NCBI GenBank assembly: GCA_050273025.1
Contig: CP158635.1
Location: forward strand, 33,542,001 to 33,606,000
Length of the DNA: 64,000 bases
Source: Cenococcum geophilum
Taxonomy: Eukaryota
Reading direction: 5' to 3'
In this document: positions 28,101 through 40,623 of the stretch, piece after piece
How positions within the stretch are numbered: the first letter of the stretch is position 1
Layout: each line of letters starts with the position of its first letter
Notes under the pieces: model-generated
Database searches by the model: none
What the model saw: only the letters and a program-made list of their open reading frames with translations
Told to the model about the DNA's origin: nothing
Position numbers and translations under genes: made by a program

Positions 28101-29100
28101 GTATTTAGAACGCCGTTTTCCACTTATTGCCGGCTTTAATCCGGATTTAATAGTATATATCTTTTAGATCTAATTTTATAAATATCTTTACGCCTAACAG
28201 CCTATTAATAAGCTCCCCTATTAAGGGTAACGGGTAGCAATTCTTTATAGTAATCTTATTTAGCGCCTAATAGTTAATATAGAGGCGAAGGGTCCCGTCC
28301 TTCTTAGGTATAAATATAATTGGCGCCCCTGCTAGGCTTATAAAGGGCTAAATCTATCCTCTCTAAAGATTATCCACTATATATTAACGTAGTACCGCTA
28401 GCTTATTTTCTAATAGGTTATATAGCGGTTTAAAAGGAGGTTATTTGTCCCCTATATCTATCTTATACTTAACTAATATAGGGTTAGGTAAGGTTTATAT
28501 AGCCTCCTTACTAAAAATATCCTCTAAGTCTATATATTTCTATAGAATCTCTAGTTTCTTAACTATATATAGCTAGATATCCGAAAATAAATATCCCGTA
28601 TCCCTATTTTTAGTGTTAAGAATAGCATATATAGTATATACCCACCCTTCTTCTTATATATAGTTTAAAAAAGTCTCTTAATCTTTAACTATAATGCGCG
28701 GTTAAGACTTCCGATATTAATACAAGGCTAAAGGCTAATTAATGTCCGGATTAACTTAGTAAAGCTATAGGTATCCTAAAATAAGGTTATACCCCTTGAT
28801 TTTTACGGCATAGAAGCGCATCTCCTATATGTTCTATAGACTATCGCGGTCCTAGCTAGCTACAGAAAAAGCCTATTCCCCGTAGTATGGAATCCAGTAG
28901 CCTTTAATGCTTTAAATGGTGCGTACCTATAAGCTACTAAGGTCTAAATCTAATTCTTTTACTAGTAATTAAGAAATAAACCCTATACTCGCGCCGCTGT
29001 CTATAAGGCAGTCTTATATTACCTATTTATTATTAACTTAAATAGAGATAGGAATAACCATACGGTAGTTTACTCCCTTTTTTTCTTACTAGCCTAGTAT
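25200..29100 (-). pseudogene. pol relic of Gypsy A copy 2
   Basis: Protease DCLIDSGAS at ~29013->28987; RT VYLNNI at ~27987->27970; RNase H, integrase and chromodomain motifs follow. Confidence 0.9.
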
Positions 29101-29119
29101 AAGGGAGTAAAGATTTACT

Positions 29120-30300
29120 AGGCTGTCTCTTTTCCTAATTAAGCCGACTTTTACTTCTTTTATTAGTAGAAGCGGCTTATATAGCCCTTTTTACCGCAGT
29201 TATAATAGGTATGTGTCTCCCGGTTCCCCTCCTACGGATTAAGTCTCTACCTATTATTATTTTAGGGTTAACTAGCATTACTCTAGGGCTATAAGGCCTA
29301 CTTGCGTTATCCTTCTATAGAGCGGTTAAGTTGGAATCTGCCCCTATTATTAAAGCTAGGTCTAGTCCTACGCTCTTTATTATTAGCGTCTTATTCCTTT
29401 CGCTTACCTAGATAGTCTCTTTTAGCACTTTTAATCCGAGTAGCTTTAGAGATAAGCTTTTCTTAAGAGGTAGGAATTTCGCCCTTCTCTTATATAGCCT
29501 ATTAAATCTTAGGTTATAGCTTAGTGAGTAGCTAGTAAAGTTATATAGCGTTATCCTATAGATCTAAGTAGGGTATATTATCTTCTAGTTCTTCTAAGTA
29601 ATTTATAAACTAGACTATAGTCTAACTATCCCGCTATTTAGCGTTATAGTATCGCTAGTTATAGTCTATCCCTTAATTAGTAGGGTTTTAGACCTAATTA
29701 ACCAACTAGGTCCTAAGTTTGCTAAATTTAAGGGGTATAGTAAGTTTCTTCTTATAGCGTGTTTATAAACTCTTAATAGTGCTATATAAGAAGGTAAAAG
29801 TAATTAGTGTCTAATTATACTTATTAAAGTAATATTTCGGATCTAGCTAAAACTTAGTTTTGTATTATTAGATAAAATAATTATAGTTCTAAAGACTATC
29901 ACTATAGTACTTATTAGGTTCCTTTATACGGAATTTAGGTTTTTCTAACGTTATAGTATAGTATAGCGTTACCCCTTTAAGTCTACTTCGTATTTAGGGT
30001 GTCTATACTTCCCCTAATTGTCCTTATAATTGTTCTTAGTAGTCTTAATATACTTATCTTAATTATATCTCTAACTCCTTTGTTTTTTATAGGGTCTTAT
30101 ATAGCAACCGCTCTAATAACTCCCCAGTGGTAATTATTTCTAAGGGTCTTATAAGGTTAGACAGACCAGCCGTAGCTTCTTTATAGGAAGAGGGAATACG
30201 CTCCTCTAGGGAGACTCTTTAAGCCTTTTATAGTAAGGGCGTTGCTTTATAGGGTATAGGAGTATAGTTCGTTATTATTAATTAATAGCCGTATATTCCT
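29120..30300 (-). pseudogene. gag relic of Gypsy A copy 2
   Basis: Zinc knuckle YYNCGKKGYISRFY (de-RIP CYNCGKKGHISRFC) at ~29207->29166. Confidence 0.8.
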
Positions 30301-30323
30301 AACAAATTGTAAGCGATTAAAAT

Positions 30324-30701
30324 TGTAAGAGGCCAGCCTAACTAAAATATATAATTATCTAATTAACAGTGTTACTGGTAAGTAGAAGGTAAGTTAAAGA
30401 TAAATAAAAGGTAAGTTAAAGGTAGAATAAGTTTTACGTATTAAAGAATAAATGCTTTTAACCACTTCTATTTAGAGACTAATCGCTAGTTCTTCTCTAA
30501 AGGAGAACCAGCTCCCTATATAATCTTTCTAAAACGCTAGTAAAACCTTTTACCCCTTATTTATCTAACTATATCTTCTAGGACGTAAATAGAATATAGG
30601 TAAGACCTCCTTTTGGAATATAGATAAGACCTCCTTTTAGAATATAGATAAGACCTCCTTCTATCTTATCTAATATATACCTTCTAGGGAATTCCATTAT
30701 A
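30324..30701 (-). repeat. 5' LTR of Gypsy A copy 2
   Basis: TGTAAGAGG...TTCCATTATA on the + strand; 378 bp. Confidence 0.95.
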
Positions 30702-30954
30702 GTAAGGGGATCTTTATTAACTTCTACTAGGTTCCTAGCTATTTAGGAATTTATAAAAATAAAATAGTAAATAAGCTAGCAAAAAAAGGCCTTTTTAGAA
30801 GAAAACTATAATCTTCTTATACCTCCTTAGCCTATATAGGGAGAGCGGTAAAAGAAGAGATACTAGAATAGTGAAAAAATAACTAGCAGTAGAATATATC
30901 GGGAAAATATTTACAGGATAAGATTTAAGTAGACTTTAGTTTTCGCGTTTCGCG

Positions 30955-31195
30955 TAATTAATATGCAATTTAACTAACTTAATACGCAATTAACTAACTT
31001 AATATGTAATTAACTAATTTAATATATCTAAAAGTTAAATAATATATAGTTAACCTATTTAACAACTTTAAAAGCTAACTATATATTCCTTAATACGCAG
31101 TTAACCTACTTAATAGCTAACTATATATTTCTTAATACGCAGTTAACCTATTTAACAACTTTAAAAGCTAACTATATATTCCTTAATATGCAATT
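30955..31195. repeat. 20-bp and longer tandem units (TAATACGCAATTAACTAACT)
   Basis: Visible tandem copies. Confidence 0.8.
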
Positions 31196-31251
31196 AAGGT
31201 AAAGTTATATACTAATTACGTAAATGAATTTTTATATAGTTTTATTACTTA

Positions 31252-31793
31252 GAGGCTCTATATAAGGCTTTATATAAAGCTCTATATAAAGCTCTATATA
31301 AAGCTTTATATAAAGCTCTACGTATAAAGGCTCTATATAAGGCTTTACGTAAAGCTCTATATATAAAGGCTTTATATAAAGCTTTATATAAAGCTCTATA
31401 TAAAGCTCTATATAAAGCTCTATATAAAGCTTTGTATAAAGCTCTATATAAAGCTCTATATAAAGCTCTATATATAAAGGCTCTATATAAAGCTCTATAC
31501 GAAGCTCTATATATAGAGGCTCTATATAAGGCTTTACGTAAGGCTTTATATATAAAGGCTTTATATAAAGCTTTATATAAAGCTCTATATAAAGCTTTAC
31601 GCAAAGCTCTATGTATAAAGGCTTTATATAAAGCCCTATATAAGGCTCTACGCGAAGCTCTATATATAAAGGCTCTATATAAAGCTCTATATAAAGCTCT
31701 ATATAAAGCTCTATACGAAGCTCTATATATAAAGGCTTTATATAAGGCTTTACGCAAAGCTCTATATATAAAGGCTCTATATAAAGCTTTATA
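31252..31793. repeat. 12-bp minisatellite (AAAGCTCTATAT)
   Basis: Tens of tandem units; explains the ALYK/ALYR ORFs on both strands. Confidence 0.95.
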
Positions 31794-31924
31794 TTAAGTC
31801 CCTATTATATTTCTAATAGCGTCTATATATATCTCTACCTATATAGCCGCCTTATTTTTTTACCCTTTTTTCTTTTCTTATATCCTCCCTACCTAGGGAG
31901 GTACTAGAACGGTAGCTAGTAAAG

Positions 31925-32425
31925 GACCGTTACTAGAACTAGATAACTATTACTAAAACTAAACACTATCGCTAAAACTAAACAACTGTTACTAAAACTA
32001 AATAACTATTACTAGAGCTAGACGACCGTTACTAAAACTAGATAACCGTTATTAGAGCTAGACGACTATTACTAAAGCTAGATAACTATTACTAGAACTA
32101 AATAACCGTTACTAAAACTAGATAACCGTTACTAAAACTAAATAACTATTACTAGAGCTAAACAACCGTCGCTAGAGCTAAATAACTATTACTAGAGCTA
32201 AATAACCGTCACTAAAACTAAATAACCGTCTCTAAAGTTAAACAACTATTGCTAAAACTAGATAACTATTACTAGAGCTAGACAACCGTTATTAAAACTA
32301 GACAACTATTACTAAAGCTAAATAACTATTACTAGAACTAAATAACCGTTACTAAAACTAGACGATTATTACTAGAGCTAGACAACCGTTATTAGAACTA
32401 GATAATTATTACTAAAGCTAGACAA
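31925..32425. repeat. 21-bp minisatellite (CTAGACAACCGTTACTAGAAA/G-like)
   Basis: Regular 21-bp period. Confidence 0.95.
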
Positions 32426-32494
32426 TAATAACTAGCCAGTAAATACTATAAACAATTTAATTAATTAATTAAATTAAGGTAGTATAAATAGGTA

Positions 32495-32758
32495 GGTATA
32501 AATAGGGAGATACTAATAGGTAGGTAGATATAGATAGGTAGGTAGATATAGATAGGTAAGTAGATATAGATAGGTAAGTAGATATAAATAGGTAAGTAAA
32601 TGCTAACGGGTAGGTAAATATAGATAGGTAGGCAGATATAAATAGGTAGGCAATATAAATAGGTAGGTAATATAGATAGGTAGATAATATAAATAGGTAG
32701 GCAATATAAGCAGGTAGGTAGATAGGTAGGTAGGTAAGTTAATAGGTAGATAGGTAGA
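32495..32758. repeat. ATAGGTAGGTAGATATAG-type short-unit array
   Basis: Tandem 17-18-bp units built on AGGT. Confidence 0.85.
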
Positions 32759-33891
32759 AGAGAACCATCGCTATATTATATTAAATTATCTAAAATAATA
32801 TTATTTATTTTGCTAGCCTTATAAATAGCTTTAAAATAGCTTTTATTTATTTAAAATATGCTATTAGTATAAAAGAGGTAAATATAATTATAGTTACTAA
32901 ATACGCAGATTACTAGTAGGTTGCGTATAGGTTACGTATAAGCTATATATAGGCTATATATTAAAAAAACATAATATAGGCTAGTTAGTTAAGTTGCTAA
33001 ATAATCTTAACTATATGCTAATTACGTTAACTACTAGCTATTAAGGCTATTAAAAGGGTACTATATTTTGCTAATATAGGAATAAAGGAAAACACTATAC
33101 TAGGATCTATAAAGAAAGCCATTCCTTTTCTCTTAAAGCCCCTAAGGATAAATATCCTAAAAGGCTATAATTGGCTTTCTTCTAGCTAAAGCTAGAAAAA
33201 GGCTATTTTAAATCCTTTACTAAAGTAATAGAAGAGGATAAAGAAGGTAAATGCTTTAGGGAATATAGAGCACTATAAACCCTTAGACATTTACTACTAG
33301 ACTATAACCTATATAGGGAAGAAAGAAGAGAAATGCGAAAGAAACTAGGCTCTTTTCTCTCTTTAAAGAAGCTATTTTATATATAAAAAGAAAAAGAGGC
33401 GCTTTTTCTATTTTTAAGTAGGATAGGGATAGCTACTAAAAAGTAGCTAATAATAGCAGAATCTATAGGAGGTAACTCCTACTAGGCTTATAAAAAAGAG
33501 ATATTAGTAAGTAAAAGAATAGAAATAAATTATAAAAGGATAGGGAAAGGCGTTAGGATTTCTTATTTTTTTATAGTTTTTTACCGTTTTTTCATTCCTT
33601 AGTAGTTGCTTATAACTTAGTATTTTACTAAAAAACTATAAACCCCTAGTTTAGGGGCTTATAAACTACTAGGATATAGTTACTAATATATATTAAGCTA
33701 CCTTAAGGGATTTATATATATAGGACTATAGCGCTATAGCTTAGAGGCTATATACGTAGTATTATATATAGTATAATATAATAGATATAAAAAATAAAAA
33801 AATAAAAATATACTTTATAACTTTTATTAAAGTTATATAGTATATAGGCTAGTAATTTTTAAGATATTAAATTTTAGGGGCTAAAATATAG

Positions 33892-36800
33892 TATTAAGTA
33901 AAACTTAAGTAAATAGTTATATAGCTATAAGGTATAGGCAACCCTAAAATAACCTAAGAATAACTCGCCTATAAGGTACGTGCTTTATATATACCTAAGG
34001 AAAACCCTTTCTACTTTATATATAAACTCCTCCTTTTCCTTTAAGAATTTGTCTCTATATATATAATATACCTATTATTCTATTATTAGACTCCCTATTT
34101 ATATCCTTACCTTATATTTAAATCCTTACTAATCCCCTTAAAAGGATAGCCGGTTTAATTTTTTTATAATACCTTTAAAAAGAAAACTAACGCCTATATT
34201 TAATAGTAATACGCTAGTAATATAACTATAGAACGCCTTAAGATCTAGTATAGACGAAACCGTTAAAAGTATACTAGTAGTATCTAAGCTATTCTCTAAA
34301 TCCTAAAATAATTAGATATCTATAAATACTAAAGACTAGTTTAACTTATATACCTAGGCTTAATAGAAGCTTAGTAAGGTTACTAGTATTCTACCTAATA
34401 CCGCTAATATAAAGGAGCTAAATAAGCTAGCTAAGAAAATAGCTAACTTATAAAGTATTATTAATTTAATAAAGCCCTTTTATTACCTCTTTAGTAAAGA
34501 GTATAAGTTATATAGCGAACGTATACGCTAATTAAATCTTAATACCTTAGTTAAGAAGTTACTACCTAATATTAGTAGTACTACTTAACAGTATTTTAAC
34601 TAGTAGATTACTGTAGTTAAGAACTAATTTAAGGTTAATAATACTAACTATAACTATAAGCGATGCACGCGCTAGGCTATTAAAGGTCTTATAAAAGAGA
34701 AGATAATTACCTAATTAGTTTATTACCGGTTAGGCACTAAAAATAAGGGTCCCTTATTATAGGATAAATTTAAAACTATAGTCTAAGACCAGATTAGAAA
34801 CCCTATAGTAAGACGCTTTAATAATACTATAATATACTATATAGCTATTATAAAAAAGAACTAAAGGTTTAACGTCTTTCTAGCCTATATACGTAGCTTA
34901 AAAGACCTCTTCTTATATACCCCTTTTATTAATCCTAAATAATAAGTAGACTTTTAGTTCTTATATCTTTTAGCCTACCTATAAGTAAAGCTTTTTTACT
35001 AAAACTTTGCCTAACGGGTAAGAACCGCTAAAGACCTCTTTAATAAAATCTACTATATAAAGTAATTGCTTAATACTATAAAGCTTATAAAAGATTATAT
35101 AAGTAGTAGTAGCAAATTATTATATATAAAGCGCGGTTATAGTATAGGCTTTATAAACTTAGGCTTAGGGAATAGAACCTAAAAAGGGTAACGCTTTTCT
35201 AAGTAAATTCCTAGGGAGATTACCTAAAAGCTAGATAGCTTAAGGGACCCCCTAAACGCTAATACTATATAGGTAAGTTAAAGGACTATAAGCGGCCATT
35301 ATAAGAAATACTAGAAGTAGGCTAAAGAGAAGTTAGCTTAGGCTTTAGAAAACCTAAAGCCCTAATAGTATATCTCTTTTAACTATAACTAGGGCCTAAT
35401 ATAGAGGGAAAGAAAAAACGTATTATAGTATATATTATAATAAATACGCCCTAGGGCGAAGTCCGCCTATATACCTTATATAATAATAAGTACTAAATTA
35501 ACCTTATTAATTAAGACGTTATTTATAGGTTTAACCTACCTATACGCTACGCGCTATATTTATATAAACCTATTATATATTTCCTTAATAGCAACCAAAT
35601 AATAATCTAGAATACTTATAATTTAATAGTTACTACTAGCGACTTCTAGGGTACCCCTTATACTATTAGCCCGCAGACCTTTTAGGGCGGCTTATTTAAT
35701 AGTTATAATATAGTTTTTAGATAGAATTAGCTCGCGGAAATAGATTTATTAATTAGCTTCTATTCTAAATAGTTTATTTAGGGTATTTTAGACCCTAAAT
35801 ACCTCTAAATAGTTACCCTTAATACTTTTTTAGTAGATATTAAGGCTAGTGAAATAGTCTATTTGCTATAGCTAGAAGACTTCTTCTTTATACTAGTTAT
35901 AAATATAATAAAGGACCTATTATTACTAGTAGCGAGTACCTATATAGACCCTTTAGATATAAAAACACTAGTTATAAATATAGTAAAGGACCTACTATTA
36001 CTAGCAGCGAGTACCTATAAAGACCCTCTAGTGCCGTTATAGATTACCTATATATAAGGGGGAGGTAATTAAAACCCTAAAACTATTAAGTATACTATAA
36101 TAGAGCTATATATACTCTTTATATAAGTATACTTATAAAACGTATATTAATTATACCCTTTTCTTTACTAGCTTCTAAAAGCATACTACTATATAATAAT
36201 TACTTTAACCTTTATAGCCCCTAGCCTACTAGATATATATAAAAAGGAAATTAATATCTTTTTTAATAAGCTAGTAAGTATACTACCGTAAAACTTTAAG
36301 TATAACTATATAATTAACTTAAAAGAAGGTAAGACACTACTATAAATACCCCTCTATAACCTCTTATAGAAAGAATTATAGATCTTATAAAAGTACCTAA
36401 ATAGTACTCTTAAAAAGGGCTAGATTAGGCCTAATAAGTCGCCTACTAGAGCGTCTATCCTCTTTATACTAAAAGTAGATAGTATAATATAGCTATACGT
36501 TAACTATAGACGCCTAAATAAGATTATAATTAAAAATTAGTACCCCCTACCGCTAATTAGCAAACTCTTTAATAGGCTTAGCTATATAAAGATATTTATA
36601 AAGCTAAATCTTTATAATATATACTATAGGATTTATATTAAAAAGGGAGATAAATAAAAAACTATATTTAAGATACGCTATAGTTACTTTAAGTACCTAG
36701 TAATACTCTTTAGTCTTACTAATACCCTTATAACTTTCTAGAGCTATATTTATAAAGCTCTAAAAACCCTAATAAATACTATCTATATAGTCTACTTAGA

Positions 36801-39800
36801 TAATATTCTTATTTACTTAAATAATAAGGATAAGTACATTAAGTATATTAAGTAGATACTATAATAGCTCCGCGCTTAAGGCCTATACGCCAAACTATTA
36901 AAATATATCTTTTATATTAAGAACATTAAGTTCCTAGGCTTTATTATTACCCTTAAAGGTATTATAATAAACCCTAACCGCGTAAAAGCTATTAAGAAAT
37001 GGCCTAAGCCTAAGTCCTATAGGGATATTTAGGTCTTCCTTAGCTTTACTAACTTCTATAGGCGATTTATCTAAAACTACTTAGATACTATATACCCCCT
37101 ATATATATATCTTATATAGGTATATTATAACCTAATATTAAATAAGGAGAAAAAGAAAAAGTATAAATTAAAAGGGCTTACTAAATAGTATTAACCCTAG
37201 TCCTAGCTTAATAATATATAGTAGGCGTTTTATAAGCTACGCGCTATATTTATATAGGCTCCTCTACTTCGCTACTTTAACCCTAATTTACCCCTAATAG
37301 TAATTATTAACGCTTCTAACTATACCTATAGCGGTATACTTCTATAGCCTTTAGGGTAAGAAAATTAACTCTACTAGCACCTAATTGCTTATTATAGTTA
37401 AAAGCTTACTAGCCTAAAAGTATAGTATAATACGTATAATAAAGAACTACTCGCTATAGTATAATACTTTAAAACGTAGCGCTATTATTTTAAATACGCC
37501 GCGTATATAATACGCGTACTCTATAATTATAATAATCTTTAATACTTTATAACCACTAAAAGCTTATCTACTTACTAGGCCTAGTATACTAAGGAACTAG
37601 CTAAGTTTAATTTTAAAATTAAATATAAGCTAGGTAAGACAAATCCTACTAATATATTATTCCGGCGCCTAGATTATACTAAAGGCTTTAAAGATAATAG
37701 TAAAAGGATACTTCTTAATACTATACTACTTATATTATAGTAAAAGTTACGGGTTATAGGCCTTATAGGCGGCCCTAGTGCTATTATACTATACTAATAA
37801 GTAGTATATATATAGTATATAAGCAACCCTTATAAACTTAGCGCCGGCGAACTAGAGCGTCCTACTATTCTCTTTAAAACTACTTTAACTAGCCTAATAG
37901 CACTTAACCCTAAGGAAGACCCCTTAGCCTAAGCTATAGTCCCCTATAATAACTTAATAAGTTACCTATATATTATACGTTACTTTGCTAATACTAACTT
38001 TACGCAGAGTCTCGTACTATAGTAAGAAGTAGTAGTAACTACTTTAGTTAAAATAGTATTTATAAAATAACCCCTTAAGTTACTAGTTAATTTTATTTAT
38101 AGAGTATAAAAAAGGGACGCCTTTATACACTCTATATATAATTAGTTAACCTAAAAATAAGTTTCTACTAGTAATAAGGATTATACCCTTAATAATTAAG
38201 GACTTTTAAGGTAAAATAATAAGGTCTAAGTGCTAAATTATATACTACTATAATAGGAGATCCTTAAGCAAAATTATAACAATCCTATAGGCGGCTATTA
38301 TAGTTTTAACTATACCTTTAAGGTAATCGCGTAGAAGTATATTTAGAACGGCCTTACCTAGGACCTTTATAAATACTTAGATAATTATAATACCTACTAA
38401 CGCTCTAAATTGCGCCGCTATAAACCCTATAGTAAGTTATAGCCTCTCTAGACCCCCACCTAAGCCTAGTGGCATTATTTACTTAACTTTATTACGGATT
38501 TCCTAGAGTCTAAGACTCCTAATAGCGTAGAGTATAACTCCATTCTTATCCTTATAGACTATTTTATAAAGCTAGTATGCTACTATCTAATATATAAGAT
38601 AATTAATACTATATAACTTATAAAACTCTTATTTAGAGTCTTTATATAAATAGGGCCTCTAAATAATATTATCTTTAATAAGGGTAGTATATTTATAAGT
38701 AAGTATTAAAGCACTATATACTACTATCTCCGCGTTTAATATAAACTTAGTATTATATTTTACCTATAGATAAATAAATAGATAGAGCGTTAGAACTAAA
38801 AGCTTAAGGTATACCTATATATATTTATAAACTAGAAATAGTCTAATTAGGCCTCCCTACTTAAAGAAGTAGCCTTTACCTATAACTTTAAGGTCTATAC
38901 TATAATAAAGTATTCCCCTATTAAGCTCGCCTATAGCTAGCTACTAAATATTCTAAATAGAGTTCTAAATAGCGTCTAAAATGCTTAATAAGGTAGGAAG
39001 GGGTTTAAGTTAATAAATATCTAACTTATAGAGATATACCTATAACGCCTACGCCTTATATATAAGGTAGCGGCGGCGTTAATAATATATACCTAAAAGC
39101 TTTAGGTAAAATACTATAATTGTTACTATCTAGCTAAGTATTTCGCCGTTAGTAAATAAGTCCTACTTTCCTCTAAAAATATCTATATAAAACGTCCTTA
39201 TAAAAAGCTTAACTATAAGTTTATAGAACTATTTTAGATTTTAGAGCGTATAGGGTAGTAAGTATATAAGCTAGAGCTTTTACCTACTATAGTATAGCTC
39301 TACCTAGTCTTTTATATCTCCCTACTAGAGCCTTATAGGTTATACCCTAGGTTTTAACCCCTAGTAGTAAAAGAGCTTAAAGAAGGTAGCTAGGAAGTAG
39401 AAGTAATTATTACCTACTAAGATTATACTAAATAACTATAGTACCTTATTAAATAACTAGAATAGCTAAATAAGTATAATAAATAGAAATATAAGATAGA
39501 ACTTAAAAATTATTAATAACTACTAAATAAGTACTATAAGTGGGATACCCTAGCCTTATAGCTAAAGCATAGGCGAAAAGTAAGCGCTACTATTAAAATA
39601 TAACCTATATTAAAGTAAAGTAAAGGATATCCTAAGGGATTAAAGAATAAGTAATAACTGCTATAAGAACTATAGCGTATATATAGGGTAAAGTTTTAAT
39701 TTATTAATATCCTACGCCTATTTATAACTAGGGTTTATTTAACTAAAGTCTATAACTTACTAGTAACCCATTAGTAGTAACCTATACTAATAACTTATAC

Positions 39801-40623
39801 TATTTTATATATATACTATATAAATAATATATAAGGCTAAAGTATAGGTTAACGGTAGATTTAATAGGTATATAGCCTTACTGTTTTAAACCTAGCTATA
39901 TATAAGTAACCTATAAACTTACCTACAAAGTATATATAGCGCTATATTAGTATAGCGTAAGGCTAAAATAGGGTTAGTAGTGGGTTTAATAGGTATATAG
40001 CCTTACCATTTATAAAGGTACTAACGACTTACCTATATAAGTAAGCTTTTAGAATATTTTTAGTTTACTAAATTTAGGTAACAGTATTAAGCTCTATTAA
40101 CTCTACCTATTAAATAAACTAATTAGAATTTTCTATACCGGGTATATAAAATCGCTATTAGCTTAGTTAAATATAGGGGAGTTTTAGTAAGGCAAATTTA
40201 ACTAATTAGATAACTTTAACTACCGGTTAAAGTTCCTTAATATCTTTGCCGCGTATATATACTACTCGTCTCTTTATATATAAAATTAAAACACTCTTTT
40301 CCCTCTAAATTTTTTCCTTACTAAGGTTTTTTATAGGGTTTTATTAAGGCTTAAGTATATAAAAAATTAGAAACAACCCTTTTTAAAGGGGGGGGTATTA
40401 TTAGGTAAAACCTAAGTAGATAGTTATATAGCTATAAGGTATAGGTAACCTTAGAATAACCTAAGGGTAACTTATCTATAAGGTATATACTCTATATATA
40501 CTTAGGGAAAACCCTTTTTACCTTATATATAGACTTCTTCTTTTCCCTTAAGGATTTATCTCTATATATATAATATACCTATTATTCTATTATTAAACTC
40601 TCTATCTATATCCTTACCTTATA
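33892..40623 (+). mobile_element. Complete Ty3/Gypsy chromovirus, family C (6732 bp), inserted in the central spacer of the MITE
   Basis: 225-bp LTRs at 33892-34116 and 40399-40623; TSD TATAG (33887-33891 and 40624-40628); G-run polypurine tract at 40385-40395. Confidence 0.96.
34190..39650 (+). pseudogene. gag-pol relic of Gypsy C
   Basis: G*IRPNKSPTRASILF at ~36418; VYLDNIL at 36790; INASN (TDASD) at ~37306; integrase GGYY (GGHY) at ~38290; chromodomain *EVEVI at 39391. Confidence 0.88.

Larger units (their letters stand above)
22912..30701 (-). mobile_element. Complete Ty3/Gypsy chromovirus, family A (7790 bp), inserted in the LINE RNase H domain
   Basis: 378-bp LTRs at 30324-30701 (5') and 22912-23289 (3'); TSD GTAAG (22907-22911 and 30702-30706); polypurine tract adjacent to 23290. 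Confidence 0.97.
30899..33074 (+). mobile_element. Non-autonomous Helitron-like insertion made largely of minisatellites
   Basis: A|TC...CTAA|T with no TSD; removing exactly this segment restores the LINE ORF2 frame (..Q*NI|YRNKGKH..); imperfect hairpin TAGCTATTAAGGCTA at 33035-33049. Confidence 0.65.
19530..33460 (+). pseudogene. LINE ORF2 relic in three pieces: 19530-22911, 30707-30898, 33075-33460
   Basis: LV*EP, GDYNL and IDLA (APE endonuclease); YRPISLLN, FLNVKGAFN, GSPISPILF and SYIDD at 21661 (RT); IFIDS*AA and *VPSYLG (RNase H); C-terminal QLKL..GYF...C...C...HLLLDC. Confidence 0.9.
16821..33807 (+). mobile_element. Tad1-like LINE (non-LTR retrotransposon) with RNase H, apparently full length, interrupted twice
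   Basis: 14-bp TSD ATATACTCTATAGC (16807-16820) / ATATACTTTATAAC (33808-33821); A-rich tail at 33788-33807; ORF1 knuckles; ORF2 APE-RT-RNaseH-CCHC. Confidence 0.93.

Noticed and set aside
31245..31797. 170-aa and 121-aa ALYR/ALYK repeat ORFs
   Set aside because: They are translations of a 12-bp quasi-palindromic minisatellite that is open on both strands, inside an insertion.
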